64,000 bases of DNA from Gracilinanus agilis (GCF_016433145.1 NC_058136.1:58481381-58545380); one strand, 5' to 3'. Numbered from the stretch's first letter, positions 1 to 12,864 are shown. Notes: a model not told the origin generated them from the sequence alone. Translations and numbers: made by a program.

Positions 1-154
1 CTTTGCCTCTTCGTTTCCTGGGTCTCTGCTGGGTTTTCCGTGGGAGATTTCTCCTCCTTTCCTCTCTTTTTGTTGTTGGTCTTTTCCTCCGCTTGGCACA
101 TTTCTTGTTGTTTTGACATGATGCAGGGGAGCTGGGCTTAGACGAGCTCTCGCT

Positions 155-240
155 CAGCCATCTTGCTGCAAGGCCCCTGCCAAGGCTTTTATAACAAAGT
201 AGCTTTCCTCTCAGTGACAGCGAAGCCCCCTCGATTGGGC
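155..240 (-). promoter_or_regulatory. Candidate CCAAT + TATA + YY1-like core promoter (- strand)
   Basis: CCAAT at 238-234, TATAAAA at 193-187, CAAGATGGC at 165-157. Confidence 0.35.
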
Positions 241-3200
241 TCAAACATCACTGTCTCTGTTGTGCTCTATGAGAAAGTGGAGATGGCACAAAGACAGGAA
301 GAGCAGCTGTACCAAACCGAGTAGACAGAGGAGGCCTGGGCCGGGAGGGACACGATTCCAAGAGCTTTATGGGATGATTTTCAAGATGTCTGAGAGACAG
401 CAGGATAGCAGAGCCTTCAAAGAAACCACAGATGTTATTTCCACCATAAAAAAGATGATGGAGAAGATAGTCAGAACCAGAGGCCCCAGGTGGCTGCTCC
501 CCCCCCTCAAAAATCTTTGCAGACAGTCTACACATGTACCAAGAGCATCTCTGAGGGCACGAGAAGGAGCGAGCCTGGCATTCACAGGTTGTAGCCTCAT
601 GCGACACAAATCTTGAGAATCCTACACTGGACTGAAAGGTATAGACGGCACCATGCATCGTGCTCATGGCCTCTTTGTTATTTTTGAAAAGCATTGGTCC
701 TCTAAAACAAAATGGCGCCTTCTAAGCTCCCCTCCAACAAGGTGTCTCTCGTGCCTGTGTTAAGAACCAAACCAGAGTCTTTAAAAGAGGCCCAACGAGA
801 GGCAGCTTGTTTGGAACCCGTTATTATCAAGCCGATACACTAGATGGATGCCTCTACTTGCCAAAGGGATTTGCCACTGTCATGGAGGATACACATCACA
901 GGGAGAGGGGTTGATTGATTGATTGCCCAGAGATGGCAGCATCCTCCACAATCTCCTGCTTCTAAATGGCATTGTGATACTCTCTCAGGCCCCAGAGTGT
1001 TACAAAACCTTCTAAGCTACTCCATAAACCTTTCCTGGGAAGATCCTGGCCTTGGAGGCTAGAGGGCCAGTGGGCACCTTCCAATAGTGATGGACTAGCA
1101 GAGGGCAGACAGAGATGAAAGGAACCCAGGAAAGAGTCTTAAGTCCCCTGGGATGGCTTTAACAGAGGGCCTCCCAGGATTGGAGAGGAGCTAGAGAAAT
1201 GCTAAACGCAAAAGGCAGCGAATGTTGGGTTCGCCACCACTGAAATTCATAGCAGTTCATCTTGCCCCAGTAAAATGTACTTCCAGTCCACCCTATTGCT
1301 TTCTGAGTCCTCTTTTCTCTTGCCTTGAACTGGAGCCGAACTGGAAGGCCGTGACCTGCCTCCTTTACCTCTAGCGGTTGTAATTTCAGAATGATCCGGA
1401 GTGGCGGGGCCCTCTCTCTGGGCTCCTCTCAGCCCTGTACAAGGTGGGTGCATTCTGGGAGATCACAGGGAGTGTGGAGAGCCGGGCACCAGGGACTTCA
1501 CTGCATTCTGGGGGAGGCAGGAATAGCTGGCACTGGGCAGACTTGGCCTTTGCCTAGTCTGCACTTACTTGACCTGTCCAAGGCTTTGTACTCTTGTCAC
1601 AGCTCACTGCTTCTGTTGCCCTTCAGACAGACCATCTATTCTGATTGGGTTTTGTGGCCAGCTGAGGTTGGTTCAGAATGTCAAGGTCTGCCCCAACCAG
1701 AACTGAAAACAGCTGGGACTTCCCTTGCCAGCGCCTGCCTCAGCACACGGGCTCCGGCATGCTTTTTCTGGGCTACAAAAACAGCTCCAACCCCTCATTG
1801 TCTATGGAGTCACTTAGTCAAGCAATGGGGCTAGGACCACTGGGGCCACTGTTTGCCCTTTTCTAAACCACACATGGCACAGACATACGCAGACACACAC
1901 ACACACACTCACTCCACCTAGTATAATTTAATGCATACAATAGTAGCCTTAGTCTTTGATAGATGTGTCCAATTGGCACTAAATTGGCACAAGATGACTT
2001 TGAGGGACAGGCGGAAATGGGAGTATAAAGCAGGGATTCTCCATGCTTTGGGGGGTCAATGGTGCCCTGGGCAACCTGATGAAGATTAGGGGCCCTTCCT
2101 CCTCGGGATCATGTTTTTAAAGCCGAAGTTGAAATCCAGGGTATTACAAAGGAAACCAATTATGCCGAAATGCAGTTATCAAAATTTTTAAGTGCCAGAA
2201 CCCCGAGCGAGACGCCCTGGTCCAGAGGGTTAGCTCGCAGAGGAAACAGGCCAAGGCTACGAGATGACTCGGAAGGCACTGGGTCTGACTCCATTTTGTA
2301 GAGAAGGAGAGAGACCCAGAGAAGGGGTGTCAGGTACCCAATAGTGGACAGCAGGGCTCAGCTTAGAACAGGGCGCTGCTCTTGCCCAGGGCTTTGCTCC
2401 TTCCCCTAAACTATACGGACTCTGGAGTTCCGGGTCTCCAATCTGCCAGGCCTCACCCAGGGTAAGATCTGGGCTTTGGCAGGGCGCCCCTCCAGCTCGG
2501 AAGGGAAGGAACCAGGACAGCAACCTGTCAGAATAATGGTCTGCAGAGAGGAGCCCTTCATTGGAGCCCAGACAGAAAGGCAGCTACAAGATAAAAGACA
2601 CCGTGGCCAGGTCAGTGAGACGAGGATGCACGGTGGGTTGGCGTAACTTACTCAGGAGATTCAAATACATGAGCCACGAGACCACAGATTGTACAGGAGT
2701 CCCCGTCCAATCAGTCCTCCATTTTACGTGCTCCTGGAGGGGAGGGGCAGGCACGGAGCTGTTGGGATCATTGGGACTGCCAGATGATCTCCTCCGGAGC
2801 CCAATGGAAGCAACACTTTCAATTTTCTCTTGCAAACCTTGCCCATTGCCTCTAATAAGCAGTCAGCCTAATTGCCTGGGAGAGGAGCCGGCGAGCAGAG
2901 CTGGCTCCGGACACCAAGCCTTGAGCGGGCGAAGGAACCAGAGGCCTGGAAAAGCCATAAATGAGATCAACAGCCCCAGAAGGTTTGGGAATTGACTGCA
3001 GTTAGAAGTCGGGGAAAGGCAGCTTCAGTGCATAATGATTATCTGGCAGGAGGAAAAATTCTCCTCCGGGCCTGGGCCTCTGGAAAGCTGAACAATGAGG
3101 AGAAAACATTTTCAATAAATAACCTAAGCCAGCCTGACAGGATTCTAAATCAGGCCCAGGCCTGACTCTTGAGATAAGTAGCATTTTATGCAGCTGTACC

Positions 3201-5884
3201 TTTAAAAGCAGCAGTTGACAGAGACAACCGCAACGATCACCAGGCAGGTCTCCTCCCTGAGGGTCCATTTGGATTTTTTTTCTCCCTCGACACAGAGAAG
3301 CTTGCTCGTCTCATCACGCTGGTAATGCAGTGACTGCCCGTGCTGGGCTTTAGATTGAGCCTTCACATGTCACCCGGGCTGCCCTCCTCTCCCCTGCCTC
3401 AGCTCCCTTTCTGCCTTACCTCTTGGCAGGTCAAAACTGAAGCACAAGCAGGGAGTCCTCCTGGGGTATGCAAAGGGGCCAGGAGGTAGTTGGGATAAGG
3501 AAACATGATTCTACATGCACAAGTTCCATTCCTGTATTTGGCAGATTCTACCTTGGACAGGCACAGTCAGCCTGGCTCAGGTGGCCTCTTCCCAGAGTCC
3601 CACAGCTAGCAAATAAAGGTCTGAGGCAGAATTTGAACTCTACAGAACTGTACTGTCATTTCAGGTAAATGGCGAGATCCTTTCTCCTGTGAGTCCAATG
3701 ACTTTAGCCACAACTGTTCTCTCTGCAGAAATCTCCTGAGAATTGATGCTCATTCTCCCTGTCCATTTCTCATCCCTTCTTCCTATCCATTTCCTTCATT
3801 CTTCCTGTCCATTTCCCATCCGTTGCTCCCTCTGGTCTGCCCCCCCCCAACAAGTTAGAATATTTCTCAATGACATACCATGCCAGGCACTGTGCTAAGT
3901 ACTGGAAAGATGAGTACAAGCAGAAAGAAAAACTGTCCCTCCCTTCAAGGAGCTTACGTTCTAATGGGGAAAGACAAGGCGTAAAGGAAAGACGGAGAGC
4001 CTTACGTCCAGGCCTAAGGAAGTTTCTAAGAGAAAGCGACTTTCATCAGCCTGCCATTGACCATGACTCCCTAGGCTTAGAGTAGGGAGGGGCCAGAAAT
4101 ACAATAATCCAGAATTGCCATCCATCAGTGGGAAGAGGAAAGAAACCCAGGCAGGAATCTTCAAGCCAGAGCCCTGTGCCTTTGAAACTTGCAGGAAATG
4201 CACTGACCCAGCCAGTTCTGAAAAGGCATGTAGGGAAGTCATAGAGAGTTTCTGTAGAGGCTCCTCTCTCCCTCCTCTTCCCCTCCACTGATTCCTCTGG
4301 AGTCATGCAGTCTCACTTTCCTTTTCTTGTCCTATTTCATCAAGGACCTGATCAATGAGTTCAAACTAAAGTGTTTATGAATTTATTCAACCGATAGGTA
4401 TTGAGCTGCAATAGTGCCCGAGGCGCTGGGGAAGAGACAACATTTAGATAGACATGGCCCCTGCCCTCGTGGTGCTTACATTAGAGTTAGGAGTTAAGAC
4501 CTAGAAGACGTAACGTATTGAGTACATTGGAAACATGCGGAAAAAGTCAGAAGGAGCTCATTTTCGTGTGGGGGATTCAGGGTGAGCTTCCTAGAGGAAG
4601 AGGCACTGGAGTTGAGCTTTAAAGGATGGGGAGAGTTTCCACAGGTGAAGAAGGGAATTGGGGAAGGAGGGCATGTGCAAAGGCATATGAACAGAAGAAA
4701 GGCCATGTCTGAGGAAGCAGTTTGACTGGAGTATTAAGTATTCGGAGGGGAGTAATATGGCATGGGGGGGTGTCCTCCCCCATCTCCACTCTCTAGCTCC
4801 TGCCCGAGGTAAGTGATGTTTGAACTAGCAGCTTCCATTTACTGAAGAGCTTAGGTCTAAAAAAGGCTTAATGTAGGCTCATGAGTTTAGAGCTAAAAGA
4901 CACTTTCAAGATCAACTAGTCCAGCTCCCTTATTTGATAGAGGGGGACACTGAGGCCCAGAGGGGTCAACTGACTCGCCTAAGGTCACACATGTCCATGT
5001 CATGAACCCATTTGACAACGTATCTTGGTATGTGGCGTGAGATATTAGTCTATACCTAATTTTTGTCAGACCGCTTTCCAATCTTCCCCCACAGGCTTTA
5101 TTGGGTAGTGAGTTCTTGCCCTGATGTCTGGGATCCTTGGATTTATCCAACACCATAGCTTCTGTGCTCGTTTGCTTCTGTATTTTATGTATCTAATTTG
5201 TGCCATTGGTCAGACTCTTGATTTCTTGGCCAGTACCAACTTGTTTTGATGATTATTGCTTTGTAGTATAGGTTATAATCTGATACCACTAGGCTGCCTT
5301 CCTTCCTGCTTTTTTTCATTCATTCCCTTTAGATGTATTCCTCCAGATGGAGTTTGTTGTTCTATTTTCCAGCTTTATATATAAAGTAGCTCTTTGGTGC
5401 TTTGATCAGCACGGCACTGGATAAGTAACTTAATTTAGGTAATGTTGTCACTTTTATTATATTGGCCTCACCTGCCCATGAACAATGACTATTCTTCCAT
5501 TTATTCAGATCTGTCCATTTCGCTAAAGAATGATTGGTAGCTGTAGTCATATAGCTCCTCTACTAGCAGGTGGGTGTTAGCAAGTAGTGGCCCAAGTGAT
5601 GCTTTCTCTAGTGATATAAAGCTAAGTTTCCCTTTGCTGAATTTTATTGGTGATAGACACAAATGCTAATATTTTGCATGAGTTTCTTTGATATTGTGCA
5701 AATTGGCTGAAGCTGTCAATAATTTTAGTTAGCCTTTTAGTTGACTCTTTATGGTTTTCTAAGTAAACCATCATACATAACTGCTGCAAGAAGCAACAGT
5801 TTTGTTTCCTCTTTGCCCGTGTTTATTCTTTTCATTTTTTCTTGTCTTGCTACAGGTAGCATTTCTACCACCATATTGAGTACT

Positions 5885-6115
5885 AATGGTTGAGTCATTT
5901 CAGTCATGTCTGACTCTTCATGACCCCATTTGGGGTTTTCTTGGCAGAGATACTGGAGTGGTTTGCCATTTCCTTCTCCAGTTCCTTTTACAGATGAAGA
6001 GCTGAGGCAAACAGGGTTAAGTGACTTACCTAGGGCCACACAGCTACTAAGTTTTGAACTAAGGTCTTCCTGACCTCAAGCCCAGCACTCTATCCACTGT
6101 GCCACCTACCTGCCC
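5885..6115 (-). mobile_element. MAR1 (CORE SINE with RTE tail) nested in L1
   Basis: gtcatgtctgactcttcatgaccccatttggggttttcttggcagagatactggagtggtttgcc followed by a MIR core. Confidence 0.85.
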
Positions 6116-7382
6116 AATCGTTGCTTTACCTTAATCTTATTGGAAGGGCCTCTAGCTTATCCCCATTACAAATAATGCTCGCTCTCGATTTTAGATACAT
6201 ACTACTTATCATGTCAAGGAAAGCTCCATTTATTCTTATACTTTCTAATATTTTACCAGGAAGGGGTATTATATCCTGTCAAAAGCTTTTTCTGCATCTA
6301 TTGAAATAATCATATGATTTTTGTTGGGTTTGGTTTTGAATATTGTCAATTATGTTTATAGCTTTCCTAATATTGAACCATTTCTGTATTCCTGTAATAA
6401 ATCCAACCTAGTCATCATGTATAATCTTTCTGATATATTGCTATAGTCTCCTTGCTACATCAATATTAATTAGAGACGTTGGCCCCTCGTTTTATTTCTC
6501 TGTTTTGACTCTTTTCAGTTAGGTACCAAGACCATATTTGTGCTGTAGAAGGAATTTGGTAGAATACTTTTTTTTCAAACAGTTTATATATAATACTGGA
6601 ATTAATTGTTCTTTAAAAGTCTGAGAGATTTCACTTATAAATCCATCTGGTCTTAGTCTTTTTTTCCTTTGGGAATTAATTTGTGGCTTGTTTATCTTCA
6701 TTTTCTAAGATTGGGTTATTTAAGTTCTCTATTTCTTATTGCCTTAATCATTTTGTATTTTGATAAATATTAATTCATTTCATTTAAATTGTCAGTTTTA
6801 TTGGCACATGATGGGGCGAAATCATAACAAATAATTTATTTCTTCATTGGTTGTGAATTAACCTTTTTCATTCTTGATACTAGTTATTTGGTTTTTTTCT
6901 TTATTTTTTAAATAAGACTAGCTAATGGTTTATCTGTTTTGTGTTTTTTTAGTTCCTAATTTTATTTATTAATTCATTGGTTATTTTGCTTTCAATTCTG
7001 TTTATCTTTTCTATGATTTTCAAGATTTCTATTTTGGTATTTAATTATGTGTGAAGAAGTGTAATTTGTTGGGTTTTTAGGGTTTTTCTAGTTATATGTT
7101 CAGCCCATTAAACTATTCTTTTTCTCTTTTATTGCTGAAATTGTTTAGAGATAAATTTTACCTTAAGGACTGCTTTGGCTCCATCTAAAAATTTTTAGTA
7201 TGTTGAGTCATTGTTATCATTATCTTTAATGAAATTATCGATTGTTTCTTGGTTTGTTTTTTGACCAACTCATTCTTTTGGATTCAGTTATTTAGCCCCT
7301 GATTAATTTTTAATTGTTTCTTCGGTGTCCCTTTAGTGAACATAATTTTTGTTGCATTGTGGTCCATTAAAAAGTGCTGAAT

Positions 7383-7561
7383 GGGGCAGCTGGGTAGCTC
7401 AGTGGAGTGAGAGTCAGGCCTAGAGACAGGAGGTCCTAGGTTCAAACCCGGCCTCAGCCACTTCCCAGCTGTGTGACCCTGGGCAAGTCACTTGACCCCC
7501 ATTGCCTACCCTTACCAATCTTCCACCTATGAGACAATACACCGAAGTACAAGGGTTTAAA
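7383..7561 (+). mobile_element. Young SINE1_Mdo-type SINE
   Basis: ggggcagctgggtagctcagtgg...gggcaagtcacttgacccccattgcc...gggtttaaaa; 14-bp TSD aaaaagtgctgaat. Confidence 0.93.
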
Positions 7562-8141
7562 AAAAAGTGCTGAATATTTTTGCTTTTCTGCATTTTATGG
7601 GCTTTTATTCCTTCATTTCATGATGAATTTCATGGTCATTTTTTGCAAAGGTGCCATGAACAGCTGAGAAATATGTATACAGTTAGGTCCCAATCAATGC
7701 AAATAACAAATCTCTTAAAGAAATTGTATGTATTTGAATTCAAACTGTTTAAATATATAATTATGTAAAATATGGCAGTTGGCTCTAGCCTAAGGGAAAT
7801 AAGGCAATGTAAGTTCAAATAATGTGACCATATCAGGAAATTCTTTATTCACAGTAATCAGGACCTAGATGTATTCCTTTCTATTTCCATTCAATATCTC
7901 TAGGGATCCATCACATCTAACTTTTCTAAAATTCTATTCACATCCTCCACTTTTTTTGTTTAGTTTTTGTTTATATTTATCTAGGTATGAAAGTGGTAAA
8001 TTGAAACCTCCCATTATGATAGTATTAATATATTTCTCCCTATAAATTAACTAATTTGACTGAGTATTTAGATGCTATACCATTTGGACCATAGTACTGA
8101 TATTAATTCAGCAAACTGTAGTTTTCCTGTTTATCTCTTTT

Positions 8142-8329
8142 TTTTTAATTTTTAAACCCTTAACTTCTGTGTATTGACTTATAGGTGGAAGATTGGTAAG
8201 GGTAGGTAATGGGGGTCAAGTGACTTGCCCAGGGTCACACAGCTGGGAAGTGGCTGAGGCCGGATTTGAACCTAGGACCTCCTGTCTCTAGGCCTGGCTC
8301 TCAATCCACTGAGCTACCCAGCTGCCCCC
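8142..8329 (-). mobile_element. Young SINE1_Mdo-type SINE
   Basis: Full antisense copy; 16-bp TSD cctgtttatctctttt. Confidence 0.93.
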
Positions 8330-9317
8330 TCCTGTTTATCTCTTTTAATTAAGTTTATCTGTTGTTGCTTTGTTTGAAATCATGACTACTATCCCTGCCT
8401 TTTGTTGCTGAAGCATACCACATTTTGCTCCATACCCTTATTTCAACTTTTTATCTTCCTGTTTCAAGTATTTTTCTTGGAAATCCACTATTGTTGGACT
8501 TTGCTTTCTAATTCATTCTGCTCTACTCTTCTCTTTTATGGATGACTTTATCCCATTCACAATTAAAGTTGTTCCATCCTATTCTCTTATACTTTTTTCT
8601 TCTCTTTGTTTCCCACTCCCTCTTTGTAAAAAGGAAGAGGATGAGAGAGCAGGAGTGAACTAAGGCACCAGTGCCCTAGGTTTAGGATAATCTGCATCTG
8701 CTCCTTGCCTCTTTTTATTTTCCTTCACTCAGAGTTCAATAACAGGTTTTTTTTATCCTTTTCCACCCTTATTTGAATCCCCTCTTTGAAATCCACTCTC
8801 CTTAAAATTTTATTTTGTTTAAGACTGATCCCTTCTTTAATCTACCATTTCTCTTATGTCCCCTTTCCTTTTTCCCCTTTCCCCCTTGTTTACTTAAATG
8901 TATTTCTGTACACACAACCCTGCTCCCCCACAAGGTATGTATTTTTCCCCCTTTGACAAGTTTAGATGAGTGAGGATCAGGTATCACCCATAAAGATTTT
9001 TACTTGCATCCCTTCTTTAAGAGAGACAATTATCCTCATCCTTCCTCTCTTTCTCCTTCCACCCAGTACATTACTCTTCCCCTCCCCTTACATTCTTCTA
9101 AAAGGTGGTGCAGTAGAAAGAGAACCAGGTCTGGAATGAGGAAGACCTGAGTTCAAGTCCAGGAATGTAGTAAGCTCGATAGAACTGTTAGCTATTATAA
9201 TCAAACCACCCTCAGGTCTTCTAATTCAACTCCCTCTGTGACTCCCCCTCTCATTTTAATGATGATGGAGTTCTAAAGGAACACATGCGTTATCACCCTA
9301 TCTTAGAATTTATACAG

Positions 9318-9508
9318 AGGTGGCTAGGCAAGTCAATGGATGGAGCACGAGTACTAGAGTCAGAAGGACCTGGATTCAAATCTGACCTTAGATACTTCCT
9401 AGCTGTGTAATCCTAGGCAAGTCACTTAACTCTGATTGCCTAGCCCTTGCCCCTCTTCTATCTTAGAATTGATACTAAGATAGAAAGTAAGGGTTATTTT
9501 TTAAAAAG
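9318..9508 (+). mobile_element. Older SINE1/MAR1c-like SINE
   Basis: CORE gatacttcctagctgtgtaatcctaggcaagtcacttaac; TSD agaatttatacag / agaatgtatacag. Confidence 0.85.
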
Positions 9509-11317
9509 AGAATGTATACAGTTTATCTTTTAGTCCCTTATGACTGATTCATGTTTACTTTTTATACCTTTCTTGACTCATACGTATTTCAAAATTTCTA
9601 CTCATCTCTGGTCTTTTCACCAAGAACGCTTGGAATTCTTCTATTTCATTAAAGAGCAAATTTCTCCTATAGGGTTATATTCATTTTTGCTAGGTAAGTT
9701 GTTTGTGACTATAACCCTGTGTCTTTTGCCTTCAGGAATACCATATTCTAAGCTCTCCTCTCCTTTATAGTGGTAGTTGCTAAAATTTCTGTGATCTTGA
9801 CAGTGACTCCTGGGTACTTGAATTTTTTTCTGACTGCTCAAAATATTTTTCCCTTGGTCTGGAAAGTCTGGATTTTGCCTATAATATCCCTGGAAGTTTC
9901 GGATTCTGTTTCTTTTTTGCTTTTTTTTTTTGTTCTAAGAGATCTAGGAAGGCTTCTTTTATGATTTTTTGAACTAAGCTATCTGGAAGCTTGTTTTTGT
10001 TGCTGTCATAGTGTTTGGATCCTCTAATGATTCTTAAATTCTCTCCCATTGATCTGTTTTCCAGGTCAATTGTTTTTATTACTATACACCTGACATTTTC
10101 TCCTACTTTGCAGTCTTAATATTTCTTGATGTCTTCTGGGGGGTCATTAGCTTCTATCTGTTCAATGTTAATTTTCATGGAGTTTGTACCTCTTGTTCCA
10201 AATTGTTAATTCTCTTTCTAAATCTTTCTTCCATTACTTCTCATTTCTTTTCTCATTTTACTTTAATATTTTCATTTTATTTTTAGATTTCTTTTTGTTG
10301 GGGTTTTTAACCCTTCAACTCTTTTATAAATTCTAGTTGAACCTGTGCCTACGTAATGTTTTTCTTTAAGACTTTTACTTGTAAATATCTTGGAGCCATT
10401 CTGTTCTTCAGGGGTTGTGTCTTTGAGCAACACAATCGCCATAATAACTCTTTATGATGGGATTTCTTTTTTATGATTTATTCTTCCAAACTGCTTCCTG
10501 ACTTGTGACTTTATGTTAAGGCTATTATTCTCTGTTCACCTCTGGTAGGAATGTTTTGAGCTGAGCTTTTATCCTCTTAGGTCTTTCTGCTGCTTACTTT
10601 GAGTATTAAGTGTTGTCCTATTCTAGGCTATCTGAAACAATTCAGTCTGGGTACCTGCAAGCTTCCAAGTGCGTCCACAGTGGTATAATTCAGTGCAAAG
10701 TCTAATCAGTGCCCTCCTAGTCTGAGCTCTGCAAGTTCTTGACCTAAGTTTGAGTCTGCTCAACACTCCTGTGTGTTTATTCATGGTTGGAAGTTCCAGT
10801 AGACTCCTGCTGAAATCAAGCACTACAAAACAACTGGAAAACTCTGCAAATTCAGAATTATAGAACTGTAGGCTCCCCTTTGATCTGAATCTCTGCTCTC
10901 ATCATTCCGATATAATCATCAGCCTAGGCCAGAGGCTGAAACTGAGACCCTGCTCATTTCCTGGGGTTAGAGCCACATAACTACTATTAGCCTCTAAACT
11001 TTTTCTTTGCTCAGTACATAGCCAAGAGCCTATAATCGGCTTCTCACTCTAGAACTCCATCCCCTGCTCAGTCTTCCTTTGAGATCTGGGACCCAAAATT
11101 TGGTAGTAAAAAATAGATGCCAGGTGATACCTGTTTCTACATTTTGAATAAATTGGGGATCCCCTGTATGGGGCTAGCACATCTTCTTTCTTTGGTGTGT
11201 AGCACTAGAACGCTCTGTTAACAACATGCCCCGGCCAGGCTCTGTCCCCAATGTCCATAGACCTCTCTGTCTCCCTATGCCAACCTGCGATGAAAATATG
11301 ACTCGCTGTGATTTTTT

Positions 11318-11501
11318 TTTAATTTTAAACCCTTAACTTCTGTGTATTGGCTCTTAGGTGGAAGAGTGGTAAGGGTAGGCAATGGGGGTCAAGTGACTTG
11401 CCCAGGGTCACACAGGTGGGAAGTGTCTGAGGCTGGATTTGAACCTAGGACCTCCCATCTCTAGGCATGGCTCTCAATCCACTGAGCTACCCAGCTGCCC
11501 C
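11318..11501 (-). mobile_element. Young SINE1_Mdo-type SINE in the L1 5'UTR
   Basis: Full antisense copy; TSD ctcgctgtgatttttt. Confidence 0.93.
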
Positions 11502-12069
11502 CTCGCTGTGATTTTTTTAAAATTTCCAGATCAGGATTGGGCGTAGACCATTTTCTAGAATGTTATGGGGGAGCTGTGTTGGAGAGCTCAGCTGTAATTT
11601 TTCCTGCTACTTTCCATCTTGACTCTGCCCTAGAGGATGTCTTAAAATCTGCCCCATGTCTAAAAGACATGGAGGAGGTCTTCATGGCCACCAGTCGCAG
11701 GCTGTGAGGAAGGTAAGATGAGCATTCCTTAAGTCTTTCTTTTACCCTGTTAGTTGTCCTTCCTTAACCAAGAAAGTGTTGGCATTTTCTAGGATGAGGC
11801 CAATCTCTCATTTGCACTGTTTTGGGGGTAAAAGGAGGCAGCCCTGAGATTCTCCTAAATGTAGTATTCAATGGTTAGCATTTTATTTGAAATAGTAAGA
11901 AAGATTCCAAGTGCCATCATGAAGAACTGGAAAATACTAATCTTACCCCTTTTCTTGTTAGGGAGATCCTGGGACCATAGAAATCCTTTTGCTCTTGGAG
12001 TCAGGTGTACGGAAAAGTAGAAGTCCCTCCTTTCCCAAGACCAGCCCTTGAAGGTAAGTCCGATCCGTT

Positions 12070-12860
12070 GGTCAATAAGTATTTATTAAGCACCAGTACA
12101 AAAGTGAAGCAGTGCCTGCCTTAAGTGAGCTTACAGTCTAATGGTGGAGGCAACACACACATGTAGAGACATATATTCAAAGCACTTATGGCGTAACCTT
12201 GGAGGGTAGGGAGCAGAAGGCTCTAGCAGCTGGAGGGCCTAGGAGAGGCATCATGGCAAAAGTGGCCCTTGAGTCGCGATAGACGAAATCAAAGAGTCCA
12301 TGAGGCAGAGGTCATAGGTGTAGGCTGTGGCCAACAAGGGGAAAGGGACAGAAATGGGAGATGATGTGGCATGTGGAAGAACCTGCAGGAAGGCCAGGTT
12401 TCTTGGACCATTTAAGAGCGTGTGGGGGCAAGCAATGTGTAACAGGGCAGCTCTAGCTTTAAATGCCAACCAAAAGAATTTCTATTTTATCTAAGAAGTC
12501 ATAGGAAGTACCTGGAGCTTACTGAGCTTCAGAGTGACATGGTCAGACCCACACATTGAAAAAAGTACTGTGTGGCTGTGTGGAGTGTGGATTGAAATGG
12601 AGAGAGACTAGAGGCAGGAAGACCAGTTAGAAGGGTATTGCAGTAGCACAGGTGAGAGGTGACAAGAGCCTTTCCTCAGGTAGTACTTGACGGAGTAGAG
12701 AAGAGACACAGGAGAGAGAGAGAAAATCAACAAGACTCGACAACTTATTGGATGGGGCGGTGGTGAGGGAAACAGAGGAATTAAGAATGACACCAAGATT
12801 TTTTGAGTCTATGTGGCTAGAAAGATGGGGGCATCCTGTACAATGAGAGGGAAGTTTTGA
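12070..12860 (-). mobile_element. L2 LINE 3' remnant
   Basis: caataagtatttattaagcacc...gcagtgcctgccttaagtgagcttacagtctaatgg... Confidence 0.75.
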
Positions 12861-12864
12861 AGTG

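Larger units (their letters stand above)
5050..11630 (-). mobile_element. Old marsupial LINE-1 retaining 5'UTR, ORF1 and the 5' part of ORF2 (EN to RT); degenerate, 3' part missing, several nested SINEs
   Basis: Minus-strand fragments resemble L1 ORF2 (RLRPDGFISEISQTFKEQL ~ PGPDGFTSEFYQTFKEQL; WAGEANIIKVTTLPKLSYL ~ WIGRINIVKMAILPKAIY) and ORF1 (9641-9841). The 5'-start-like motif gggcagagtcaagatgg is the reverse complement of 11614-11630. The + strand is T-rich. Confidence 0.85.

Noticed and set aside
248-694. Overlapping ORFs 248-694 (-) and 260-616 (+)
   Set aside because: They start at non-ATG codons and show no recognisable domain.
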